Assembly (NCBI GenBank): GCA_951406725.2
Contig: OX597816.1
Coordinates: 43,586,001 to 43,650,000 of the forward strand
Direction of reading: 5' to 3'
DNA from: Octopus vulgaris
Taxonomy: Eukaryota
DNA length: 64,000 nt
This document shows positions 52,226-64,000 of the stretch, in pieces. The first letter of the stretch is position 1. Every line of letters begins with the position of its first letter. Both the position numbers and the translations under genes were made by a program. A model generated the notes under the pieces. The model had not been told where the DNA came from, did not search any database, and saw only the letters and a list, made by a program, of their open reading frames with translations.

Positions 52226-54096
52226 TACATGCGTCGATATATCAAGCATACCAGAGGTAAGGAATCTGTGTATGAGCTCATCAAACATATTAGAGTTAAA
52301 TAGTCTGTATCTCTAACAATAACAGAGCAACTGTATTTCTTTTTTCAAACAATTATCTTTAAATTCAAATGCAATTACAATTATTGCATAATATATGATA
52401 ATTAATAGACAAATAAAATAACAGTTTTTTGTTGCATTGTTGTACTCTCTATCTGTCGCTCGCTGATTAGCAACGATCCTCCACAACGCCTATTCCACCT
52501 TCACACTCTTTGTGTCTTCAAAACAGTATGCGACGACGCGGCGTTTATTATGTCAGTTTTTCTTCACATCCAAATCTTACCTTCTGTTCCTATTTTTGAC
52601 TGTTACGAAAATACACATGCCTATACCCCTTGTTTTATGTTTATGATACTAGTTCCTTTCAAGCTTCTTTAGTCTTTGTTCCTGTTATATAAGACATACA
52701 TTGCTCTTATCCCCTAATTCATCAGATATGAGTGACACCTTTAATGACTATAAGAAAACAAGTGTTCTTTAGATTTTAGTATTCGGAGGTGACCATATCG
52801 ATTGTTAGTAGAATTCTCTGCCAGAACTGTTGACACCATACTTTTTATACGATAAAAATCAGGTGTTTGATTTCCAACTTGTTAGACTGAACGAGTTAAG
52901 TACATTATCTAAGACTATAAGATTCCTATGAGAGTGGATAAAAATACAAGATTTTCTTTTGAAATTTCAACACTTCATTTGTTGAACCAATTTGCCAGCA
53001 TATGTGTTTATACACATGAAGATGTATATGGTTTCTAACACGAACGCGCGCGCACCCACGCGCACACGCATGTACATACACATGCACACACACATACATA
53101 TATACGCCCGCACATATCCTTCCAATCTGAAATGTCTACTACAACAGGAAAAGAAACAAAAAAAAATTATTTATCGAAAATTAAGATGGTGTGCTTTCTT
53201 TGTCGACAAAATCGTAATTTGAGACTAACAATGAATCCAAACAGAGATTCAAAATCAATAAGTACTCCTTCTATAAAGATAGAAAGCTTCTTAAACTTTT
53301 TGATGCCTTATTTATATTAAGCGAAGGTCTATTGGTGTTTAGAGCAGCTGAGAGTCTCCAGAAAAGTATAAAAAGACTTACGTTCACAAAAGGTGACAAC
53401 AAAGAGATATACTTGTAAGACCGCAGAAAACCAGACGTCTTGATGAAACTAGATTCTAACACCGACTCCATTCCATTTCTATACTATATACAGCAAACTG
53501 AATGACATAAGTATCACCGGCCAAATTCTTTCGTTATTGTTAAACTGCAAATATCATTAGATCCTTATTTCATTTTTAAACACTTCAAAATCCCCTTTTA
53601 TGCATAATTCATCTACCAGAATGAAAAACTCTACTAAAAAATTATAAGCAAGCATAATAAGGGCAGACTGGAGATTTCTACGATTTGACATCAAAGGGAA
53701 TTACAATTTTTTGCTCTCACGATCCTTCATTGTTAACTGCAGTTGTGATGATTCTGGGGGGTTCATGTGAAAAAAAAAATCTCCTGACACGTACGGCAAA
53801 TATCTTCTTCTATAGCCTCGAGCCGACCAAGGTCATGTGAATGTATATGGTAGACGAAAACTAAAAGAAAGCTGTTGTATAACTATATATATCATAAAGC
53901 TATTCGAAGACACAATTAGTTTCATAAAAATGTTGTATGAACTCTAAATAGGCAATAAATATTATGATTTGTAAAATAAGTATAAGTGATACAGGGTGTC
54001 CCAACTAAATGTGGTGAGAAAATTTGGTTTAATTTTTTAAGAATTTTAAGCATTCGAGGTATGAGTTCATTGTAATGGGGCACAATATTAAATACA

Positions 54097-54445
54097 TTCT
54101 GGAATAAAAAAAATTATATACTGTCATCGAAAATTTTTAACTGAAAAGATGCAAAATTATCGGAGTTATTATCATTGAAGGTGTACATGTATCAAGAAAG
54201 TGCAATAATAAGGTTTAGCAGTTCAAAACTGTGAGTAGTGAAATGCAAAATTAGGTCCATTGAATCTGGAATCAAAAATTTATGTACTGTCATCGGAAAC
54301 GTTTAACTGGGAAAATACAGAATTATCGGAGTTATGGGCATGGAAAGTGCACATGCATCAAGAAAGTGCAATAATTACGTTTAGCAGTTGCAAACTATAA
54401 GTAGTGAAATGCAGAATTAGGTCCGCTGTTCTTGAGAATCAAATA
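54097..54445 (+). repeat. ~2 x 166-bp diverged tandem repeat inside a probable DNA transposon
   Basis: ctgtcatcg at 54121 and 54287; atcaagaaagtgcaataat and gtagtgaaatgca..attaggtcc in both units. Confidence 0.85.
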
Positions 54446-54784
54446 TTGATCACTTCGCTAAAAACTAACAACTGTAAGTGTAGGTACTATGGGTTATTTC
54501 CTTTGAGTGTTTAAAAAATATTATGCAAGTGCTATGAATTAGTTCCCTTGGGTGTTTAAAGAAAGGAGATAGATATAAAGATCACTTCCAGGAGCCGTAT
54601 TCTCGATTATTTTTCAACAATCTAAGTATGTCACGAGCTTCCCAGACATGAGTTCTACTCACGTGTCAAGTTTCATCAAATTAAAAAAAACAAAAAATTA
54701 TATAAAATTCGCTAACAAAGCCACTAACAAACACACCGATTTTTCACATATGTAGAAGATATATATATATAGAGATCGTATATA

Positions 54785-54995
54785 TATATATATCATATAT
54801 AATATGTACATTACATATATATATATTATATCAATATTAATAATATATATATATATATCATATATAATATGTACATTACATATATATATATTATATCAAT
54901 ATTAATAATATATATATATATATCATATATATATCATATATAATATGTACATTATATATATATATTATATCAATATTAATAATATATATTATATA
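54785..54995. repeat. 3 x ~65-bp AT-rich tandem unit
   Basis: atcatatataatatgtacatta...ttatatcaatattaataat repeated three times. Confidence 0.88.
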
Positions 54996-55008
54996 TATAA
55001 TATATATG

Positions 55009-55230
55009 CTCTTTTACTCTTTTACTTGTTTCAGTCATTTGACTATGGCCATGCTGGAGCACCGCCTTTAGTCGAGGAAATCGACCCCAGGACTTATTCT
55101 TTCTAAGCCTAGTACTTATTCTATCGGTCTCATTTGCCGAACCGCTAAGTTATGGGGACGTAAACACACCACCATCGGTTGTCAAGCGATGTTGGAGGGA
55201 TAAACACATAAACACACACACATACATATA
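55009..55230 (-). mobile_element. SINE family A 3' half
   Basis: ctcttttactcttttacttgtttcagtcatttgac...gtcaagcgatgttgg. Confidence 0.9.
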
Positions 55231-55240
55231 TATATTATAT

Positions 55241-55290
<50 letters not shown>

Positions 55291-55297
<7 letters not shown>

Positions 55298-55653
55298 GGC
55301 AGTTTGTCTGTGCGTGTTTCTGTGTGTCTGTTTGCTTGTACCCTCACCCTGACCACGGCTTTCAACCGATTCTGATGAAACTTGACACACACATAGCCCA
55401 ATGTCATAATTCAAAACTAACGTAGCGAAAATTTTGTAAAGTTCCCCCAGTTCTGAAAAAAATCGATAAATTCGACATGGGGTCGAGAATCAGAAACACA
55501 AACCACAAACCGCAACTCCACCTTTTTTCACTCTCAAAAAAAATTTACCATCATTTTTTTCCATTTTTTTGCTATTTTTTGGCTATAACTCTCTAAAAAT
55601 GCTTTATAGTTATTTCCCTTACAAACGTGAGCAACGCCGGGCGATACTGCTAG
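55291..55653 (+). mobile_element. Non-autonomous Helitron (same family as 3540-3924) embedded in (TA)n
   Basis: tataaacggcagtttgtctg...gagcaacgccgggcgatactgCTAG|T at 55650-55653; 5' TC obscured by (TA)n. Confidence 0.88.
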
Positions 55654-55657
55654 TATA

Positions 55658-55709
<52 letters not shown>

Positions 55710-56943
55710 GTTCCTTATATATTTGTATACATATATATATACAGACAGACATGCACATATATATATATTATATATATGATGTGTGTGTATTTTCAAAAGG
55801 TATGTACATGCATATATACAAGTGCTCATTGTATTACACAACGAAAAGATTTTACTCTGTTCCCATCGCTAATTTAAATGTCAAAGTGGACACATGCACC
55901 TGCACCGGGCTAGATTTAAAGTATACTTTGGCTCCGATAACAAGCGATATATTTCATCGACTGCCATTAACTTATCTCGAGTTTGACATGATAAGTGTTG
56001 TAGATTGGTTTAACTCTATTTTGGGCTCACAATTTGGTGATACATTAACTGTTTCTCTCTTTTCTCTATCTATCTTCCTTTCACCCCCACACACCCCACC
56101 TCTCTCTTAGAGTCTACTTATTGCTATTCTTCTGTTTTCTTTCCTTTGCTTTTCCATTCAAACTCCACTTTCCTCTTAGCTTTTTGTAAATTTCTTTTCT
56201 GCATTTATAGTTTATCTTTAATTCCCCCCCCCCCTTTTTCTCATTCGTTATTTCTCTTTTTAGATTATTCAACTTTTAGCCTTCCATTACTTTAGCACAT
56301 CTATGTTAATTCTTTTAGTTTCTTTTCAGATGTTAAACTGTTTTTGAAGCTATTGTTCTTGTAATTTTATATAATAAATTCTTTTGTTTCCACTCTCAAT
56401 GTTGTGGTCGTGGGGTATATGATAAACTGCAAATTATATTCCTCTACACAACAAAGCTTGTGTCTCTTATGTAATGTATCATATCACACATCACTCTTTT
56501 ATTCCGCTTAATCTTATATATCAGGCAGATACAAACGTGAATATTAAAACGAACTACCAGGCTTTCAGTATCACAGATAATTGCTTGCCAAATCGCAATT
56601 TATAGTTAAGGTAATTCATGTTTCTGATATTTTAGGTTCGAACACAATTTCCGTCTGTTCGTCGTACATTAAAATCCAGGAATCAGTTTCTGACAAAATA
56701 TTTTCGGAATTCAATTGGCTTAAATTTTAAACTCATTATCATAAATTTGAGCAATACAGCTTTTCTATCTCAAAGAAGAAGATTACTTAACAACATATCA
56801 AAAATATAAATACCGCATGGGAAACTGAGTTACCAGCACGACAATATGGATAACAATTTGAAATAAATATTGAATGCAAGGGAAAATAAATGGAGATGTA
56901 TGAAAGGGGAGAAATGGTTTTACATTTCAAGAATTCCGAATAG

Positions 56944-57350
56944 ATAATAATAATAATAATAGTAGTAGTAGAAGTGGTAGTAGTAGTAGTAGTAGTAGTA
57001 GAAGTGGTAGTAGTAGAAGTGGTAGTAGTAGAAGTGGTAGTAGTGGTAGTAGTGGTAGTGGTAGTAGTAGTAGTAGTAGAAGTGGTAGTAGTAGAAGTGG
57101 TAGAAGTGGTGGTAGTAGTAGTAGTAGTAGAAGTGGTAGTAGTAGAAGTGGTAGTAGAAGTGGTAGTAGTAGTAGTAAAAGTGGTAGTAGAAGTGGTAGT
57201 AGTAGTAGTAGTAGAAGTGGTAGTAGAAGTGGTAGTAGTAGTAGTAGTAGTAGAAGTGGTAGTAGAAGTGGTAGCAGTAGTAGTAGAAGTGGTGGTAGTA
57301 GTAGTTGTATTGGTAATAATAATAAAAATAATAATAATGATAATGATAAT
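56944..57350. repeat. (GTA)n/(GAAGTG) trinucleotide-based repeat with (TAA)n edges
   Basis: Direct reading; source of poly-T/V/Y ORFs. Confidence 0.97.
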
Positions 57351-57755
57351 TAATTCGTTTATTGGCCACAAGGGCTAACAAAAATCAAATAAAACATGTA
57401 AAGATAAAATACAGGACGAAAGTTACAAAAAGGGTTTTCTCCGTTTGAAAATAATAATAATAATAATACTTGTTTTGGCCACCAGGGCGGAACACAATAC
57501 ATAGAGGACGACATAGACGAGAGTATATAGAACGGTTTCATCGATCCGCGTGCATCTCGGACAAGCTCGACTGACTGCACACCCGTGCCTGAAGAGCGTA
57601 TCGCGGGCCGGTAGCACCTCCGGCCCGAAAGTCTGCCGGAATAGATCAGCCAGGTGATCGATCTCGATGCCCAGGACATCTCCGAGTACATCGTCGCTTT
57701 TGCCCTCAAATAATCTCCTATAGTACTCCAAGATAGAATTTCCACCGACCACATT
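57350..57755 (-). pseudogene. L1/Tx1-type LINE 3' fragment (zf-RVT region) with two tandem 3' tails
   Basis: ORF 57423-57752 contains LPARDTLFRHG...ACPRCTRIDETVLY, typical of zf-RVT (LPxxxxLxxxG...CPxC...ET); followed by gccctggtggcc-(TAT)n and ttagcccttgtggccaataaa-(TTA)n. Confidence 0.7.
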
Positions 57756-57758
57756 GTC

Positions 57759-58135
57759 CGACTAAGTTACGGGGACGTAAACACACCACCATCGGTTGTC
57801 ATAAATACGACGGGATTCTTTCAGTTTCCGTCTACCAAATCCACTCACAAGGCTTTGGTCGACTCGAGGCTATAGTACGAGACACTTTCCCAAGGTGCCA
57901 CGCAGTGGAACTGAACCCGGAACCATGCGGTCCGTAAACAAGCTACTTACCTATTTTTTTACTACCCACAAGAGGCTAAACACTGAGGGGACAAACAAGG
58001 ACAGACAAATGGATTAGGTCGGTCACATCGACCCCAGTGCGTAACTGGTACTTATTTCATCGACGCCGAAAGGATGAAAGGCAAAGTCGACCTACTTACC
58101 AGACAGCTACTTACCACACAGCCACTCCTATGCCT
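57759..58135 (-). mobile_element. SINE family A interrupted by a 5'-truncated SINE B (57951-58091)
   Basis: A sequence stops at gctacttac, B tail/core follows, A resumes ctacttacc...cagccactcct. Confidence 0.85.
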
Positions 58136-58782
58136 ATGTAATCTACTTGTACCCTCTCCCTGATAATTGCTGGCTTTGTGCCAAAATTCGAAGTCAATAT
58201 CTATATACACAGTCCTCTGCATGTACAGGGTGATTTTGATGTATTCCTTATAATTTTTGACATATTTTATATAGCGATTTTCCAGTTGAGTATTTTTACT
58301 CGTTTGCAAATTTTAATGCATGAACGTTTGTTTCCCATCTATTTCACATCGCCTGCAAAATTCAAGTCTGGCTTTCATTTCCAACATTTAATGCACGATG
58401 ATTACCTTTAGCTATCAGCAGTTGAAGTCTCAAATGAAACAATTAAAACTGTCAATCAAATAACGGATTTCATGATGGTGATGAGGTGAAATTTCCTGTA
58501 TGATAGCTGGTTATTAATTATCTCTGTGATTACGATGCATTAATCGCTTAAGGAGGACATCGTTGCAAAGTAAACAATGAAATAAGCACGGGAAAACTAA
58601 GTTGTAGCCACCACTGCATATTTTAAAACAGAATCCGATCTATGTGTGGCACATATAAATATACATACATGTCTCTTTTATTGTTTACGTGTTTTAGTTA
58701 TTGGACTGTGACCATGGTGGGGCACCACCTTCAATGGTTTAATCAAGCAAATCGACCTCAATACATTTTTTAAATCGGTGTT

Positions 58783-59007
58783 GAGCTGGCAGAAACGGTA
58801 GCACGCCGGGCGAAATGCGTAGCCGTATTTCGTCTGCCGTTACGTTCTGAGTTCAAATTCCGCAGAGTTTGACTTTACCTTTCATCCTTTCGGGGTCGAT
58901 AAATTAAGTACCAGTTACGCACTGGGGTCGATGGAATCGACTTAATCGCTTTGTCTGTCCTTGTTTGTCCCCTCTGTGTTTAGCCCCTTGTGTGTAGTAA
59001 AGAAATA
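58783..59007 (+). mobile_element. SINE family B
   Basis: gagctggcagaaacggtagc...tttagccccttgtgtgtagtaaagaaat; flanks aaatcggtgttg / aaaccggtgttg probable TSD. Confidence 0.9.
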
Positions 59008-59333
59008 TATATAAACCGGTGTTGGGAGCCAAACATGAAAAAAAGAGTACTCTTATGTTTGAATGTGTGTGTATGTGTGTGTGTGTGTGTGTGTTTCTTA
59101 ATATATATATATATAATATCTATGTTAAGTCATGGACAAAATGTACCTTTTTGAAAAAAGAGTTAAGTCTCCAAAACCACATATCTGTCACTATTTATAA
59201 ACCCGCACGGAGAATGTAGCAAATACATGTAGAAAAACAGTCATCCCAATTTGTGTGTGTGTATATATGTATATATATATATATTATGTATGCGTGTTTG
59301 TGTGTGTGTATGCTTAATCGTATTTATCTGCAT

Positions 59334-59376
<43 letters not shown>

Positions 59377-59871
59377 ACACATACATATATATATATATTA
59401 CATATTACACTACATATATGTGTGTAATACATATAAATGCATGTTCAAAATATTCATATGCTTGTATGGTTTTATGGAAATTTGACCAAATGTTAAAAAA
59501 TATTGGTCTTCCAATTGCGCCAATCAGAATTAAACATGCATATTGATTATAGCCATAATCCTGGTCCCTATGTGTTTTTATATGAGTGTTTGCCCTTATC
59601 TGAGCACCTGCTGCAGACATGAGTTATTAAGTTATTAAGTAAACAATCTTAAACTCTTAATCAAAAGTCCATTTCTGTTGAATGAGAAGATGTCCAGAAG
59701 AAGTCATAGTATTAGTTAATACGAAGACAGTAGGCTTAATATAATGAAAGATAAATAAATCAAGGGTATTTTAGAACATATATGTTAGCTGAATTGACAC
59801 CTGAGTTGCAGTTTTTTGTGTATGGTTGTGTAATCTGTCTGCCAGCGTACCTGCCTGTGTATGTGTATATA

Positions 59872-60095
59872 CAGTGTTGACCAAAAGTCACCCGCCAGTA
59901 AATCAAAATTCCATAGATGCTATCTGTAATTCTGACTCAAATGGTAAAATGTGTCGTTCAAGAATGATAGCAGTTTGAACAACTATCATGCTGTTTCATA
60001 TTTAGTTGCTTTTAATAAAATCCATTCAGTTGTTAAACATAAATAAATCTTGGAATTAAATGGTTCTGCTTTACTGTCAGGTGTCTTTTGGACAA

Positions 60096-60098
<3 letters not shown>
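59872..60098. mobile_element. Tc1-like MITE (~227 bp)
   Basis: TA|cagtgttgaccaaaagtcacccgccagtaaa ... tttactgtcaggtgtcttttggacaactg|TA. Confidence 0.85.
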
Positions 60099-60155
<57 letters not shown>

Positions 60156-60366
60156 TATATATATATATATATATATATTTTTTTTGTGTTTTTTACTGAG
60201 ATCTCCCTTTTTAGTAGAAGAAATAGCTATAACTCTTTGACTGCTATTTCTAAATTCGGTCTGTGGTAAGGCAATTCGTTGCTAAACCCTTTATTGCTTA
60301 GTATTACTTATATATATATATATATATAATATATATAAATAATATATATATATATATATATATATA

Positions 60367-60397
<31 letters not shown>

Positions 60398-60399
<2 letters not shown>

Positions 60400-60667
60400 A
60401 GGCGCAATGGCCTAGTGGTTAGGGTAGCGGACTCGTGGTCGTAGGATCGCGGTTTCGATTATTGAGCAAAAACACCTAAAATCTCCACGAGGCTCCGGCA
60501 GGGGGTGGTGGCGATCCCTGCTGTACTCTTTCGCCACAACTTCCCTCACTCTTCCTTCTGTTCGCTTTGCCAGCGGGGTGGCGTCATTTGAAGGCTAAAA
60601 CAATGCGAAAAGCATTGTGACCAGCGATGTGTAACAACATCTGATAGCCTGGTCGGTCACGGTGATA
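60398..60667 (+). mobile_element. SINE family C (tail type 1)
   Basis: ggaggcgcaatggcctagtggttaggg...gaaggctaaaacaatgcg...ggtcggtcacggtgata. Confidence 0.88.
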
Positions 60668-60799
60668 TATATATATATATATATATATATCTTAAGATTC
60701 AGGTGAATAAGGCTCTTAAATGGTAAGGCACCGGCTCGGGTCGAAATTAAAAGGCTTATACACCAACTAAAGACGAATACAAACATTGGTACCAAACAC

Positions 60800-60875
60800 A
60801 CCAACATCGGTCGTCAAGTGATGGTGGGGTGACAAACGCAGACGCACACACACACATACATACACACATAAGTGC

Positions 60876-60913
<38 letters not shown>

Positions 60914-61497
60914 TTGAGTATACGACGTGCATCTTTCAGTTTCTGTTTACCAAATCCACTCAGAAAAATTTGGTTGACCCGTGGCTATAGTAGAAGACAC
61001 TTGCCCAAATGGCTACGCAGTGGGACTGAACCCGGAACCATGTAGCTGGGAAGTACACTTCTTATTTCTTTATTGCCCACGAGGGGCTAAACATAGAGAG
61101 GACGAACAAGGACAGACAAACGGATTAAGTCGATTACATCGACCCCAGTGCGTAACTGGTACTTAATTTATCGACCCCGAAAGAATGAAAGGCAAAGTCT
61201 ATTTCGGCGGAATTTAAACTCAGAAGGTAGCGGCAGACGAAATACCTATTTATTTATTACCCACAAGGGGCTAAACACAGAGGGAACAAACAAGGACAGA
61301 CATAGGTATTAAGTCGATTACATCGACCCCAGTGCGTAACTGGTACTTTATTTATTGACCCCGAAAGGATGAAAGGCAAAGTCGACCTCGGCGGAATTTG
61401 AACTCACAACGTAACGCAGACGAAATACCGCTAAGCATTTCGCCCGGCGTGCTAACGTTTCTGCCAGCTCGCCGCCTTACCACACAACCATACCCGT
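60800..61497 (-). mobile_element. SINE family A interrupted by a SINE B dimer (61062-61478)
   Basis: A stops at gggaagtacacttctta and resumes at cttaccacacaacc; two B units joined at gacgaaatacctatt. Confidence 0.87.
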
Positions 61498-62290
61498 GTG
61501 TGCGTACATCCATATTGTATATCATTATAAATTGCTGCTGGTGTATCTTCGTCTTCCAATTTCCCTATCTAGACACTTTGCTTGTCAGACACCCCATGCA
61601 CTATACACATTTCAAGGTAAACATAAAACTTGCAAATTTCATGATATACAATCTGATATGAGGCAAAAAATTGGACACTTACTCTTCGGCTGAATATGCA
61701 TTTATGACTAGGAGATATCATAACAAATATATATAACTGTGCACGAAATACAATTTAACAGAAAATTTGAGTTGACAGCAAAGCAGCTTAATACTGAATT
61801 CTTACAAGAAAAAAAATGGAAATTTATTGGACGTTTTACTAATGCGAATGTACAACCAAAGATCATAAGATGGTTATTTAGTATGTTTTAAGTGACAAAC
61901 GAGTTGCTTTTATATATCAATATATATGTAAATGCGTATATGTATGTATATATATACACAGATTAGTATGAGAAAAAATTCTTTGCATGAGGTGCTGTGT
62001 ATTAAGAAGTTTGCTTCCCAACCACGTTTCCGGGTTTATATATATATATATATGCACACACACACACACGAGTGTGTGTGCGCGCGTGTTTATCTCTTGT
62101 TATTTATTATTATGCTTTCTATTTTTACTGTTCCACATACAGATTGTGTCTGTAAAGTTCGCGTTATACGGATCCTTCATGGCTTGAAAATTCTAGCATC
62201 TCTAGACTATAGTTGAGATATTTACTCTCAAAACCATGACTCTCAATAGAAGACATACACACATAAATATATGTATACACACACATACAA

Positions 62291-62334
<44 letters not shown>

Positions 62335-62335
62335 G

Positions 62336-62678
62336 AAGGCGCGTGGCTCTGTGGTTAGAGCGTCGAGCTTACGATCGTGAGGTTGTGAGCTCGAATCCCG
62401 GACCGGGCTGCGTGTTGTGTTCTTGAGCAAGACACTTTATTTCACGTTGCTTCAGTTCACTCAGCTGTAGAAGTGAATTGCGACGTCACAGGTACCAAGC
62501 TGTATCGGCCCTTGCCTTTCCCTTGGACAACACTGGTGGCGTGGAGGGGGGAGGCCGATGTGCATGGGCGACTGCTGGTCTTCCATAAAAAAAAACAACA
62601 ACCTTGCCCAGACTTGTGCCTCAGAGGGTGACTCACTAGGTGCAAACCCATGGTCAGTGTCTGACCGAAGGGGGTCAC
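62336..62678 (+). mobile_element. SINE family D (different tail from 10908 copy)
   Basis: aaggcgcgtggctctgtggttagagcg...tcgaatcccgg...ttgagcaagacactttatttcacgttgc...tail ending tgaccgaagggggtca. Confidence 0.85.
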
Positions 62679-62689
62679 CAGAGATATAT

Positions 62690-62806
62690 ATGACAGGGCT
62701 CTTTCAGCTCCCGTCTACCAAATCAATTCACAAGGCTTTGGTGCCGCGTGCTAGGACTGAACCCGGAAACGTGGTTGGGAAGCGAACTTCTTAACACACA
62801 GCACCT
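62690..62806 (-). mobile_element. SINE family A 5' fragment
   Basis: tttcagctcccgtctaccaaatc...ggactgaacccggaa...cttaacacacagc. Confidence 0.75.
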
Positions 62807-63759
62807 CATGCAAAGAATTTTTTCTCATACTAATCTGTGTTATATAGTTATACAGGTGGAGAGACCCCCATCATTGTCCATGTCTATTTTCAATAAATCG
62901 CAAATGTTCCACTATGAGTTTTGTATTTGCTGAATCTTTGAAATATGAGGTGAATACATGTTTGAACTTATTTCGCTAAACTATGTTTGTGTACCCAAAT
63001 CAACCCCATGTTCTTTGTGAAAACAAATATATACACATCATGCATACGTACATAAATACATACAGCACATAAATATATACTCATACATACAAGCACATAT
63101 ACATATATACATTGCATTACAGTACAGAACGTACATGCTTACGTAGTTATATAAAGACACAAATATATTTATTTATATTCATATGACCGGAGAAAATTGT
63201 ATGTATGTATGTGTGTGTCAACACCTATATATACATGTATACATAGAGTTTGTGACCTGTTAATACTCTGTGCTTTCTGCTTTAATGAAGTGAACACACG
63301 GCTCTCGTGAAGGATATTGTCCATATATATTTTTTAATGTATTGTTGGTATTGATGTAGTATATATGTTCAATTAGAATTTATTATCATAAAGTAGAATG
63401 TACAGCGACAGAGGATTAAAAAATAAAAATAAAAGTTTGCAGCGAGTGATTTATAAAGGTTATTGATACTAGGAAACCAGAGATATTGAATCTGCATATA
63501 TGGAGATATAGCAATAAGCTGGAATAAACAAACATATATATTGAAATATTTCGAACAGGGAATAAGAGATCACATAAGCAATGGAGAATAGATAATGAAT
63601 GAGTAATGTATATAAAGGACATGAGCAGAGGGGAAAAGCAAGAAAAACATGTCATTCAGATGAGGAAAGAAGATGGCAAGAGACGGGTTGAAATTTTAAA
63701 AAAAAAGCAGAGCAACAAAGAAGAATGAGAAAGTTCTCACTCTCATGAATGTGTACATG

Positions 63760-63765
<6 letters not shown>

Positions 63766-63809
<44 letters not shown>

Positions 63810-63816
63810 TATATAT
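63766..63816. repeat. (TA)n microsatellite
   Basis: Direct reading. Confidence 0.95.
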
Positions 63817-63950
63817 GAGTGCGTTTGTTGGGAGAGAGAGCAATGTGTACGATACACTTGTGTGGTCAAAGTAGGGACATATCGAGATTGATGCACGATG
63901 ATAATGAATGATAGATGGTGGAGATATGTAAAAACGGATGATAAATACAT

Positions 63951-63989
<39 letters not shown>

Positions 63990-64000
63990 AGCAAGCAAGC

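Noticed and set aside
52581-52600. Minus-strand microexon candidate (cag...AAG|gtaaga)
   Set aside because: Splice-like words are frequent by chance; no independent support
56787-57381. Mucin-like poly-Thr ORF and poly-Val/Tyr ORFs
   Set aside because: (GTA)n repeat adjoining a LINE tail; open in several frames on both strands

Overview
AT-rich, microsatellite-dense eukaryotic genomic DNA with no intact long ORF; almost every listed ORF is a translation of simple repeats or of SINE sequence. The repeat families (several tRNA-headed SINEs, mariner, Tc1/pogo MITEs, Helitrons, Penelope-like and LINE relics) look like those I recall from Octopus genomes; this is an inference, not verified. The window is probably intronic or intergenic, with one plausible 5' exon carrying a start codon (22168-22251, +). 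Clear features: a full-length decayed mariner (25534-26776), an internally deleted mariner (30260-30796), three TA-flanked MITEs, three related non-autonomous Helitrons plus a ~62-nt mini-Helitron, about 40 SINE copies in four families (my labels A-D), a zf-RVT LINE 3' fragment, an RT relic and a U2 snRNA 5' fragment. The most interesting signals are in TE biology: (i) SINE family B shares its 3' stem-loop tail with an L1/Tx1-type LINE fragment and repeatedly inserts at GGTA sites, including its own body and the same position in SINE A; (ii) SINE head, body and tail modules are shuffled combinatorially; (iii) a minimal Helitron occurs twice, physically joined to larger Helitrons. I found no CRISPR, rRNA or prokaryote-type system. 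Boundaries of degenerate repeats are approximate.
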